Assembly: GCA_963842525.1 (NCBI GenBank)
Contig: CAWJGT010000014.1
Coordinates: forward strand, 196,602 to 260,601
DNA length: 64,000 nt
DNA from: an uncultured Holophagales bacterium
GTDB lineage: Bacteria > Acidobacteriota > Thermoanaerobaculia > Multivoradales > UBA5704
Reading direction: 5' to 3'
A program made the position numbers and the translations under genes. Positions 1 to 8,346 of this stretch are shown in pieces. Within the stretch, counting starts at the first letter, position 1. Every line of letters begins with the position of its first letter. The notes under the pieces are model-generated. The model made no database searches. It was not told the DNA's origin and saw only the letters and a program-made list of their open reading frames with translations.

Positions 1-3
1 GAG

Positions 4-1329
4 GTGATGCAGCGGTTCTTCCGGTCGGAGCTGTCCCGCCGCGACACGCGGCAGATCGTGCGACACCTTCTGGCCCGGTGCCCGGAGTGCCTGGATACGG
101 CTCTGGAGATCGGGAGGGCGGAGGGCTTCAGCTCCGAGGAAGGAGACTTCCACAAAAGGCTGGACCCCGACCGCTATCACGAGAGCTTTCTCCGCATGTT
201 CCGGAGCGCCGACCAGCTCGAGGAGGAGCTGGCGCGTGAGAAGCTGCGCGGTATCGGCCTCTGGGCCTGCCTGGAGAAGCACCCACAGGAACGACGTCTC
301 CTGATGATCCACAACGACTCCCGGATGCAGACCTGGGGGCTCTATGAACGGCTTCTCGACAAGGCTCGCGAGACGGGTTTCCGCGACCCTGCCGAAGCCG
401 TCGATATTGCACATCTGGCCCTCGCTGTCGTGGAAGAGCTCGATCCCGCGCAGCATGGCGAGGAGCGGCTCGCCGACTTTCGGGCGGCGGCTCTGGCGGC
501 TCTCGGAAACTCCCAGAGGCTGGCCTCCGATTTCTCGGGCGCCGAGATGTCGCTCCGCCGAGCCCAGGAGGCCCTCTCCCTGGGAACCGGAGATCCGCTG
601 GAGAAGGCGACGTTGATCTCATACAAGGCGAGTCTGCTCAAGGATCAGGGTGAATTCGAGCAGGCGGTGCGCCTCATGGATCACGCGATCACCATCTACC
701 GGGAGCTGCGGGATCCTCACCTGGAGGGACGTACTCTTCTCCAGCAGGCCGCGACGATCGGCTTCGTGCAACCCGAAAGGGGCGTCGAGCTGGCGGAGAC
801 AGGGCTCGCGCTGATCGACTCCCTGCGCGAGCCCCGCCTGGAGCTCTGTGGTCGACATGCGCTGGCACATTTCCTCAACGATGCCGGCCAGTCCCGCGAG
901 GCCCTCATGATGCTCGAGATGTCACGCCCCATCTATGCCCAGTTCCAGGACACGTGGACCAGAACCCGCCTGCACTGGCTAGAAGGCAAGATCGCCCGCA
1001 GCTTGGGTGACCTCGCCGAGGCAGAAGAGACGCTCCAGCAGCTCTGGCTTGAGTTGCAGGAGCCGTCCTATACCCATGAGCTCACCCTGGTCTCACTCGA
1101 TCTAGCCGATGTCTACGTTGCCCGGGGCAAGCATGACGACGCTGCACACCTTATAGCCGAGTTCCTTCCTATGCTGAGGAGTTGGGGGATGCACGCCGAA
1201 GGGCTGGCGATGTGGCTCCTCCTTCAGAAGGCGGTGCAGACCCGCACGGCCCACGCCGCCACGTTCCGCAGCATGACGGAGTACATGTACCGGGCGTGGT
1301 ACCGGCCGCTCCGGGACAGGATGGGGTGA
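4..1329 (+). CDS. TPR-like helical repeat protein with N-terminal HLxxxCxxC (zinc-finger/anti-sigma-like) motif; may be 5'-truncated by window edge
   Basis: 441-aa ORF, frame open to position 1; HLLARCPEC; repeated A/L-rich TPR-like helices (ALGNSQRLASDFSGAE, LLKDQGEFEQAVRLM, IARSLGDLAEAEETL). Confidence 0.75.
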   Translation: MMQRFFRSELSRRDTRQIVRHLLARCPECLDTALEIGRAEGFSSEEGDFHKRLDPDRYHESFLRMFRSADQLEEELAREKLRGIGLWACLEKHPQERRLLMIHNDSRMQTWGLYERLLDKARETGFRDPAEAVDIAHLALAVVEELDPAQHGEERLADFRAAALAALGNSQRLASDFSGAEMSLRRAQEALSLGTGDPLEKATLISYKASLLKDQGEFEQAVRLMDHAITIYRELRDPHLEGRTLLQQAATIGFVQPERGVELAETGLALIDSLREPRLELCGRHALAHFLNDAGQSREALMMLEMSRPIYAQFQDTWTRTRLHWLEGKIARSLGDLAEAEETLQQLWLELQEPSYTHELTLVSLDLADVYVARGKHDDAAHLIAEFLPMLRSWGMHAEGLAMWLLLQKAVQTRTAHAATFRSMTEYMYRAWYRPLRDRMG

Positions 1330-1339
1330 TCGGCAACAG

Positions 1340-1900
1340 CTATCCTGCTCGGCGGAGGATCTCCTGCCAGATGTCCACAAGCCCGAGGCGGTCGGCCCAA
1401 TCCTCGATGTAGGACCGATCCAAGTCCTTGCCGCTGATCTTTAGAACCCCTGCGATGTCCCGTAGATGCTTGTCGGATCCCCCTTCGCGGTAGGCCTCCA
1501 TCTTCTTGAGGATCACATCCTCCGGCGAGGCGAACGAGACCTCGTAGTCCGCGGCAGGCTTCACTCTCCGCATCCGGGCGAAACGACTGCGATCGAAAGG
1601 CGTGAGTGCCGGGACGATCAGATCCACTTTCAGCCCTGAGGCGGGATGAATGACATTGAATTGGCTACGGCGCCGAACCGCTCGCTGGACCGCCTCCTCG
1701 TCCAGATAGAAATCTGGCGACGGAAAGGCTCGGCAGAGCTCCTGGATGCGATTTGGAGGAAGATCGACGACGATGTCGATATCGTTTGTCAGACGTGGCT
1801 CCCCAAAGAAAATCGTCGCGGTCGAGCCGGTCACGAAATAGGCGAGCCCGAGTTGTTCGAGCACCCCGGCCACAAACCGGAGCAGCTCAGACTGCTCCAT
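1340..1900 (-). CDS. Pol-beta-superfamily nucleotidyltransferase-like protein
   Basis: VTGSTA..TNDIDIVV (GS..DxD), KVDL, SPEDVILKK, KHLRDI motifs. Confidence 0.7.
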   Translation of the reverse strand: MEQSELLRFVAGVLEQLGLAYFVTGSTATIFFGEPRLTNDIDIVVDLPPNRIQELCRAFPSPDFYLDEEAVQRAVRRRSQFNVIHPASGLKVDLIVPALTPFDRSRFARMRRVKPAADYEVSFASPEDVILKKMEAYREGGSDKHLRDIAGVLKISGKDLDRSYIEDWADRLGLVDIWQEILRRAG

Positions 1901-2099
1901 GCGAGATCCTCCGGGACACCTCTCTCTGAACCTCCTCCTCGGTCCACTCGGAGTGCTCCGTCCGCAGATGGCTGGCCATCATCCGCCGTACTGACGAGAA
2001 CATGTCGCTGGCGATCTGCAGCCGTTCGGCTCCGGTCTTCTCCCGGAGCACGCGAGCCATGTCGTCATCCATGACTTCGAAGCGAAGCTCTCTGGCCAT
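1887..2099 (-). CDS. small helical protein (70 aa), putative partner of the nucleotidyltransferase
   Basis: ATG at 2099 preceded by AGGAG; overlaps start of the NTase gene; MARELRFEVMDDDMARVLREKTGAERL... Confidence 0.65.
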   Translation of the reverse strand: MARELRFEVMDDDMARVLREKTGAERLQIASDMFSSVRRMMASHLRTEHSEWTEEEVQREVSRRISHGAV

Positions 2100-2118
2100 T
2101 CGTGGTCTCCTGAGAAGC

Positions 2119-3120
2119 CTACAGATCCAGTTCGATCCCCCGCCCTTCCGCCCGCGCCTTGCGGAGGACGTGGCGGGCGACGGCGAGATCCTCGACGGCA
2201 ATGCCGAGGGACTTGAAGAGGGTGATCTCCTCGGGTGTCCGGCGGCCGGGGATGCGGCCCAGCAGAAGGTCGCCGATCTCGCCTTGGACGTGGTCCTCCC
2301 CTACCGCCCCTTCACGGAGAGGGATGAGGAAGTCTCCAGCCTCGTTGAGGGCCGACTCGCGGCGGTCGACGTACAGGCGTGCGCGGACCACCGCCGCCGT
2401 GTCGAGCTCGCGGGCGGCCGGGGTGCAGGCTCCCACCGCGTTGACGTGCGCGCCGGGCGCGAGCCACTCTCCGGCCAGAACGGGCTCTCGGGCCGAGGTG
2501 ACGGTGCAGACCAGGTCGGCCCCGGCGACCGCTTCTCGCGCCGACGCGGCCGGCTCGACGGACAGATCGTAGCGGGCGGCGGCCTCCTCGGCGAAAAGGC
2601 GGGCGTACCCGGCGTCCCGGCTCCACACGCGGACGCGGCGCAGGGAGCGCACCTCCCGCAAGGCCGCGAGATGGCTGCGGGCCTGGACGCCCGTGCCGAG
2701 GAGAGCCAGGTCGCCGGCGTCCTCCCGCGCCAGCAGGCGCGTGGCGAGAGCGCTCGCGGCGGCAGTGCGGATCGCCGTCACGGAGGCGGCGTCCAGCAGG
2801 GCGATCGGACGTCCCAGATCCGCCTCGAAGAGCAGCACCACCCCGAGGTGGGACTCCACGCCCCGGGCGTGATTGCCCGGGAAGACGGTGATCACCTTGA
2901 GCCCGAGGACTTCCTCCTTCCCCTCCCCGCCGCCGGCCGTGAGGGCGCCCGGCATCACGCCCAGGAGGCCGCGGCGGTCGGGGAGCCAGCAGGCCGAGCG
3001 CAGCGGTTGCACGGCTTCGCCGCGGGCGAGCGCCGCAAGGGCCTCGGCGACGACATCGATGCACTCTCCATAGGGGAGGAGCGCCTCGACCTCGGTGCGA
3101 TTCAGGAAGAGGAGCGACAT
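2119..3120 (-). CDS. ornithine cyclodeaminase / mu-crystallin family protein
   Basis: TAIRTAAASALA, LLGTGVQA Rossmann motif, HVNAVGA, FKSLGIAVEDLA; start taken at MSLLFLN. Confidence 0.9.
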   Translation of the reverse strand: MSLLFLNRTEVEALLPYGECIDVVAEALAALARGEAVQPLRSACWLPDRRGLLGVMPGALTAGGGEGKEEVLGLKVITVFPGNHARGVESHLGVVLLFEADLGRPIALLDAASVTAIRTAAASALATRLLAREDAGDLALLGTGVQARSHLAALREVRSLRRVRVWSRDAGYARLFAEEAAARYDLSVEPAASAREAVAGADLVCTVTSAREPVLAGEWLAPGAHVNAVGACTPAARELDTAAVVRARLYVDRRESALNEAGDFLIPLREGAVGEDHVQGEIGDLLLGRIPGRRTPEEITLFKSLGIAVEDLAVARHVLRKARAEGRGIELDL

Positions 3121-3204
3121 GGGCAGGAGAAGTATAGACGCCGGGCGGAGTAGAATCCGCACCCGAGATCGACGCCGATCCCCTTTTCTGGAGGACTATC
3201 CGCG

Positions 3205-4812
3205 ATGGCCCGAACCGTGCCTGCTCTGCTCGCCGCTCTCCTCGTCCTGGCGCCTGCCCTGCTACCGGCCGAAGAGCCGGTCGACTGGGCGGTCGTGAGC
3301 CGCATCCGCGCCGAGGGGTTCCACCGCTCGAAGATCGTGGAGACCGCCCGCTACCTCACCGACGACATCGGGCCGCGGCTGACCGGCTCGCCGCAGATGA
3401 AGGAGGCCAACGAGTGGACGCGGACCAAGCTCGCCGAGTGGGGCCTGTCCAACGCCCGCCTGGAGAGCTACTCGTTCGGCCGGGGCTGGGAGTTCACACG
3501 GACCGCCGTCCATCTCCTGAAGCCACAGGCCATGCCACTCCAGGCCCTGCCCAAGGGGTGGACCCCAGGTACCGAAGGGCCGGTGCGCGGGTCGGTGGTC
3601 CACATCGAGGCGCTCGACTCCGAGGAGGACTTCGCCAAGGTCAAGGGCAAGCTGGCCGGCAAAGTCGTCCTGCTCGGCAAGGAGCGCGACCTGATGGAGG
3701 AAAAGGACCCGGCGGACATCGAGCCGCGGCGCTATTCGGAAGACGACCTCCGGAAGCTGGGCCAGTACGAGATCCCCGAGGACCGGAGCGAGGACTTCAG
3801 CCAGCGGGCCGGCGTGCGTGCGAAAAAGCGGCGGGCCCTCGGGAAGTTCCTGCGCGAGGAGAAGGTCCTCGCCATCCTTGAGCCGAGCGACCGCAACTGG
3901 GGAGTCCTCCGCGTAGGACGAGGGGCCGACTTCTCCGCCGACGGGGAGCCGGGCGTGACCGCCCTGGTTCTCGCGGCCGAGCAGTTCAACCGCCTTGCGC
4001 GCCTGGCCGCCGATGAGGGCAAGGAAATCGAGCTGGAGGTCGACGTCCAGGCCCGGTTCTTCGATGACGACAAGAACGCCTACAACACCGTCGCCGAGAT
4101 CCCCGGCACGGACAAGAAGGGTGAGGTCGTGCTCCTCGGGGCGCACCTGGATTCCTGGCACACCGGCACCGGAGCCACCGACAACGCCGCCGGCTGCGCC
4201 GTCGTCATGGAGGCGGTACGTATCCTCAAGGCGATCGGGGTGAAGCCACGCCGCACCATCCGGGTCGCGCTCTGGAGCGGCGAGGAGCAGGGCCTCCTCG
4301 GATCGACCGCCTACGTCACCGAGCACTATGGCACTTGGCCTGAACCGGCGGACGAGTCCCAGAAGGACACTCCTGCTTACCGGCGCAAAAACGGGCCGTT
4401 CAAGCCCAGCCCGGACCACGCCAAGCTCGCCGCCTATTTCAACCTGGACAACGGCAGCGGCAAGATCCGCGGCATCTACGCCCAGGAAAACGGAGCCGTG
4501 GTGCCGATCTTCGAAGGCTGGCTGCGCGCCGTCCGCGATCTGGGAGCCGACACCGTGACCTTCCGCAACACCAGCGCCACCGACCATGTCCCCTTCGACG
4601 CCGCCGGCCTGCCCGCCTTCCAGTTCATCCAGGACGAGCTCGACTACTCCTCGCACACTCACCACACCGCCCTCGACGCGTACGACCATCTGGACAAGGA
4701 AGCCCTGAAGCAGGCGGCCGTCGTGATGGCGACGTTTGCCTACCAGGCCGCCATGCGCTCCGAGCCGTTGCCGCGCAAGCCGCTTGCCATCCCTGAGGAG
4801 AAAAGACCATGA
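3205..4812 (+). CDS. secreted M28-family metallopeptidase (carboxypeptidase Q-like)
   Basis: signal peptide; IGPRLTGS, GAHLDSW, GATDNAAG, GEEQGLLGS, NLDNG, TDH, HHT zinc-ligand motifs. Confidence 0.9.
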   Translation: MARTVPALLAALLVLAPALLPAEEPVDWAVVSRIRAEGFHRSKIVETARYLTDDIGPRLTGSPQMKEANEWTRTKLAEWGLSNARLESYSFGRGWEFTRTAVHLLKPQAMPLQALPKGWTPGTEGPVRGSVVHIEALDSEEDFAKVKGKLAGKVVLLGKERDLMEEKDPADIEPRRYSEDDLRKLGQYEIPEDRSEDFSQRAGVRAKKRRALGKFLREEKVLAILEPSDRNWGVLRVGRGADFSADGEPGVTALVLAAEQFNRLARLAADEGKEIELEVDVQARFFDDDKNAYNTVAEIPGTDKKGEVVLLGAHLDSWHTGTGATDNAAGCAVVMEAVRILKAIGVKPRRTIRVALWSGEEQGLLGSTAYVTEHYGTWPEPADESQKDTPAYRRKNGPFKPSPDHAKLAAYFNLDNGSGKIRGIYAQENGAVVPIFEGWLRAVRDLGADTVTFRNTSATDHVPFDAAGLPAFQFIQDELDYSSHTHHTALDAYDHLDKEALKQAAVVMATFAYQAAMRSEPLPRKPLAIPEEKRP

Positions 4813-5042
4813 TCCGCAAACAGAGGCTGGTGACCGTGCGGGTGACAACCGGGAGCGCCGAAAAGGAGCCGAGCATCACGCCCCTGACCGGCGAGCCGCT
4901 CGACGAGCTCCTCCAGGGGTGGAGGATCCTTCAGATGGAAGGGCTCGGACCCCAGGGCGGTGATGGTTACGCCGCCCTCCTCCTGCTCGAGGAGCTGCCG
5001 GCGGAAAGCCGCGGCGGCCCGCTCGGGTTCGCCGTGGAATGA
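4809..5042 (+). CDS. hypothetical small protein
   Basis: 77-aa ORF coupled by ATGA overlap to the peptidase and 3 nt before the next gene. Confidence 0.55.
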   Translation: MIRKQRLVTVRVTTGSAEKEPSITPLTGEPLDELLQGWRILQMEGLGPQGGDGYAALLLLEELPAESRGGPLGFAVE

Positions 5043-5045
5043 GCC

Positions 5046-5450
5046 ATGGAAGAGACCGAATTCGTCGAGCGGTTCGAGAGCTGTGCTCTGCCCGCCTCGG
5101 CCTTCCACCACCGGGACCACGTCCGCCTAGCCTGGATCTACCTGAAGAGGGAGCCTCCGCTCGTGGCGCTCACCCGGTTCGCCGAGGGGCTCCAGCGTTT
5201 CGCCCGGCATCATGGAAAGCACGGCCTCTACCACGAGACCATCACCTGGGCCTTCCTCTTCCTGATCCGGGAGCGGATGGAACGGATGGAACCGGATACC
5301 ATCTGGGAGGAGTTCGAGGCGGCCAACCCTGACCTCCTCACATGGAAGCCGTCGATCCTGGCGAGCTATTACCGCGAAGAGACGCTGGGCTCGGAGCTGG
5401 CGCGGCGGGTGTTCGTGATGCCGGACCGGAGCACGGCCTGCGCCGCGTGA
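5046..5450 (+). CDS. hypothetical protein with His-rich motifs
   Basis: 134 aa, FHHRDHVRLAW..YHETITWAF..YY; protein-like composition; operonic spacing. Confidence 0.7.
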   Translation: MEETEFVERFESCALPASAFHHRDHVRLAWIYLKREPPLVALTRFAEGLQRFARHHGKHGLYHETITWAFLFLIRERMERMEPDTIWEEFEAANPDLLTWKPSILASYYREETLGSELARRVFVMPDRSTACAA

Positions 5451-6847
5451 AAGCCGCACATGCCGTGCACCCCGCCCGAAGGCGGCGTGCTCGATGAGCA
5501 GAGGAAGATCTTCGGGTCCGGCGTGGCGTAGGGTACGAGACGGGCGACCGGCCGCGTGAAGAGCTGGGTCAGGAGGGCGGCGCCGCCGTTGATGTCGCCG
5601 CCTACGAGGTTGGGATCGTAGGCCTCGAGCTGAGCCGTGTTCATGGTGTGGCGCGCCAGGATCAGGTCACGAAAGCCCGGTGCGAAGCGTTCCACCTGGT
5701 CTTCGATCGTCCGGGTCTTGTCCATGGTCGAGCCGTTGGGAACGTGGCAGTAGGCCCAGGCCGTGTGCGAGCCGGCGGGTGCCCGGGACGGATCGAACAG
5801 GCTGGCCTGGCCGAGCAGGACGAAAGGCCGATCGGCCTCGCGGCCCTCCCAGGCGGCGCGCTCCGAGGCCGCGATCTCTTCCAGCGTCCCGCCCAGATGG
5901 ATCGTCCCGGCCCGCCGACAGGCTTCGGCCCGCCAGGGGATCGGCCCCTTCAGGGCCCAGTCGACCTTGAATACGCCCGGGCCGTAGCGGTAGCGCTCCA
6001 ACCGGTGCCGGTAGCCGGACGGCCAGCGGGTCCCACCGAGCCGCAGGAGCTGCGCCGGCGTGAGGTCGAGGAGGCGGACCCGCGAGGACGGCAGCTCGTC
6101 GAGGGAGCGCACCTCCCATCCGGTCTGGATCTCACCGCCGAGCTCGCGCAACAGGCTCGCCATGGCATCCGGGATGTGCTGGGCGCCTCCCGCGGGCTGA
6201 GGCCAGCCTACCGCGTGCCCGGTCGTGGCGAGCACCAGGCCGAAGGCCCCAGTCGGGACAAGCTCAAGAGGCAAGAATGCATGGCCGGCAATGCCGGCGA
6301 TAAGGCCGCGGGCGCGGAATCCCCGAAACCGTCGGCGGGCCAGCCGATCCGCCGGCTGGAGGGCGATCAGGCCGAAGCGAGCCATCAAGAGCGGATGTCG
6401 CGGGAACCGCAGCGGCCCCAGGAATTCGGCGGCGAGCTGCCACCACGCCGACGACAGCGGAGAGAAGAGACGCGTCCAGGCCTGCCCATCAGCCGGCTCG
6501 CCGAAGCTCTCTCCCGTCTCGTCGATGTCCTGAGAGAGCACCGCAGCCGTGCCGTCGTCAAACGGATGGGCCAGCGCCAGCGGCTGGAAAATCCACCGGA
6601 GGCCGTGACGCTTGAGAGGGAGCCGGGAGAGGAACGGCGATCCGACCGCCATGGGGTAGATGGCCGAGCAGGTGTCGTGCACGAAGCCCGGCAGCGTCCA
6701 CTCCGCCGACCGCGCCGCGCCACCCACGGAGTCCCGGGCCTCGACGACCAGGACCGAGCGCCCCTCCTGCGCCAGCGCAATGGCGGCCGCGAGGCCGTTC
6801 GGTCCGGCCCCGACGACGATGGCATCCCGCTCTGTCATCTCCGCCAT
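5369..6847 (-). CDS. phytoene dehydrogenase-like FAD-dependent oxidoreductase
   Basis: VVGAGPNGL..VEARDSVGG dinucleotide-binding start; GGDINGG; TPPSGGVHGMCG; 3' end overlaps the convergent gene by 82 nt. Confidence 0.9.
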   Translation of the reverse strand: MAEMTERDAIVVGAGPNGLAAAIALAQEGRSVLVVEARDSVGGAARSAEWTLPGFVHDTCSAIYPMAVGSPFLSRLPLKRHGLRWIFQPLALAHPFDDGTAAVLSQDIDETGESFGEPADGQAWTRLFSPLSSAWWQLAAEFLGPLRFPRHPLLMARFGLIALQPADRLARRRFRGFRARGLIAGIAGHAFLPLELVPTGAFGLVLATTGHAVGWPQPAGGAQHIPDAMASLLRELGGEIQTGWEVRSLDELPSSRVRLLDLTPAQLLRLGGTRWPSGYRHRLERYRYGPGVFKVDWALKGPIPWRAEACRRAGTIHLGGTLEEIAASERAAWEGREADRPFVLLGQASLFDPSRAPAGSHTAWAYCHVPNGSTMDKTRTIEDQVERFAPGFRDLILARHTMNTAQLEAYDPNLVGGDINGGAALLTQLFTRPVARLVPYATPDPKIFLCSSSTPPSGGVHGMCGFHAAQAVLRSGITNTRRASSEPSVSSR

Positions 6848-6902
6848 GGCAGACGCGAGTCTGTAGCATCTGGCCCAATCGGGTCTAGGTCGGCCCCGAA
6901 TC

Positions 6903-6950
6903 GCCCGGCGATAAATCGCCGGGCTAGAAACAGCGCCCCATGAATGGGGC
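6903..6950. repeat. REP-like double hairpin
   Basis: GCCCGGCGAT-AA-ATCGCCGGGC followed by GCCCCAT-GA-ATGGGGC. Confidence 0.65.
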
Positions 6951-6968
6951 TTGAAGCCGGGTTCACCG

Positions 6969-7325
6969 GAAGCCGATCCGGAGCGGGCGAGCTACGATGA
7001 AACAGGCATTGATGAGCCGAGCACGGTAGGCTGTTTCCCAGGCGGCGCCAGTCCTTGTGGGTGCGAGGAGATGAGCGGCAACGTGTGGGAATGGACGCGG
7101 AGCCTGTGGGGGAAAAGTGGGGATAAGCCGATCGGGTACCCATACGACCCTCGGGACGGCCGTGAGGACCCGACATCCTCCGGTCCCCGTGTGTTGCGGG
7201 GCGGCGCTTGCTACCTCGATTCTTCGAATGTGCGTTGCGCCATCCGCGGCGGGGCCGATCCTGCGGTCCGTAACAGGAACCTAGGATTTCGGGTCGTGCT
7301 GCTCCCATTCTCCTCTGATCTCTGA
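6969..7325 (+). pseudogene. 5'-less copy of an FGE-sulfatase (SUMF1/CLec-fold) C-terminal domain with DGR-like variable region
   Basis: [21 protein letters not shown] motifs; N-terminal part of the domain absent; inverted duplicate of 8316-8703. Confidence 0.8.
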
Positions 7326-7356
7326 ACCCTCTGGCCTCTGATCTCTCTGGACCATG
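6969..7356 (+). repeat. ~390-bp inverted repeat, arm 1 (partner 8316-8703)
   Basis: collinear alignment including the 3' non-coding CTCTGATCTCTGAACyCTCTGGCCTCTG..CTCTGGACCATG tract. Confidence 0.85.
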
Positions 7357-7371
7357 CGATCGGCCATCCTC

Positions 7372-7502
7372 GCCCAGGGTTCACACCCTGGGCTACCCAA
7401 TGGCGCCCTCCGGGCTCAGAAGCCTCCACCACACCAGCCAGAAGAGCGGGTTTCCAGAGCCCGGAGGGCGGCACCCGGTAGCCCAGGGTGTGAACCCTGG
7501 GC
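7372..7502. repeat. REPIN-like element (paired inverted REP palindromes), left of the transposase
   Basis: GCCCAGGGTTCACACCCTGGGCTACC..GCCCTCCGGGCTC / GAGCCCGGAGGGC..GGTAGCCCAGGGTGTGAACCCTGGGC. Confidence 0.85.
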
Positions 7503-7622
7503 GCTGGACGGGGCGCTGGCTGGAAACTCGGCGCTACGTTAAGCTCCCCATCCGATAAAAGGAGTCATCGGAAGACACGACATGCCCCCAACAGCCTCCG
7601 GGGCTCAAGGAGAGGACGTACC

Positions 7623-8093
7623 ATGGCGCACAGCTATACAAACCTGAAGTATCACGTCGTCTTCAGCACCAAGCTCCGTCTGCCTTGGATCTCCGCAGAG
7701 CTGGAACCGGCTCTGTACGGCTACATCGGCAACGTCATTCGCAACAAGGGCGGACAGAGCATCGAGATCGGCGGGATCGAGGATCATGTCCACATCCTGG
7801 CGGGTTTTCCGCAGAGCCGCTCGGTGGCCGCCATGGTGGGCGCGATCAAGTCAAATTCATCGAGCTTCGGCAAGGAGGAGAGCAGTAACACAGCCTTCAG
7901 TTGGCAGGAGGGCTACGCAGCCTTCACAGTGAGCGAATCGCAGGTTTCCCGAGTAAGGCGGTACATCCAGCGCCAGAAAGAGCATCATCGCGTACAGAGC
8001 TATGAAGACGAGGTCCGCGAGCTTTGCCGCCGTCACGGCATCAAGCTCGAGGACTCCTTTTTTGAGGACGACCCGGACGGCGGTATTGGGTGA
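7623..8093 (+). mobile_element. tnpA: IS200/IS605-family Y1 (HUH) transposase, RAYT-like context
   Basis: YHVVFSTK, EDHVHIL (HUH), WQEGY, YIQRQKEHH (catalytic Tyr); flanked by REPINs. Confidence 0.9.
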
Positions 8094-8142
8094 GGCGATG
8101 GGGCCGACGGCGGTAACGAACAATAATGCCTGGCCCATCCCC

Positions 8143-8273
8143 ACCCAGGGTTTACACCCTGGGCTACCCAATGGCGCCCTCCGGGCTCAGAGGCCATCCA
8201 CCCCGCCAGCCTGAAGCGAGGGTTCCCAGAGCCCGGAGGGCGGCACTCGGTAGCCCAGGGTGTGAACCCTGGG
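8143..8273. repeat. REPIN-like element right of the transposase (direct copy of 7372-7502)
   Basis: CCCAGGGTTTACACCCTGGGCTACC... / ...GGTAGCCCAGGGTGTGAACCCTGGGC. Confidence 0.85.
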
Positions 8274-8346
8274 CGATGGCGGGCTGGAGGCCCCCCTCGG
8301 CTCCCCCTCCCATCTCATGGTCCAGAGAACCCAGAGGCCAGAGAGT

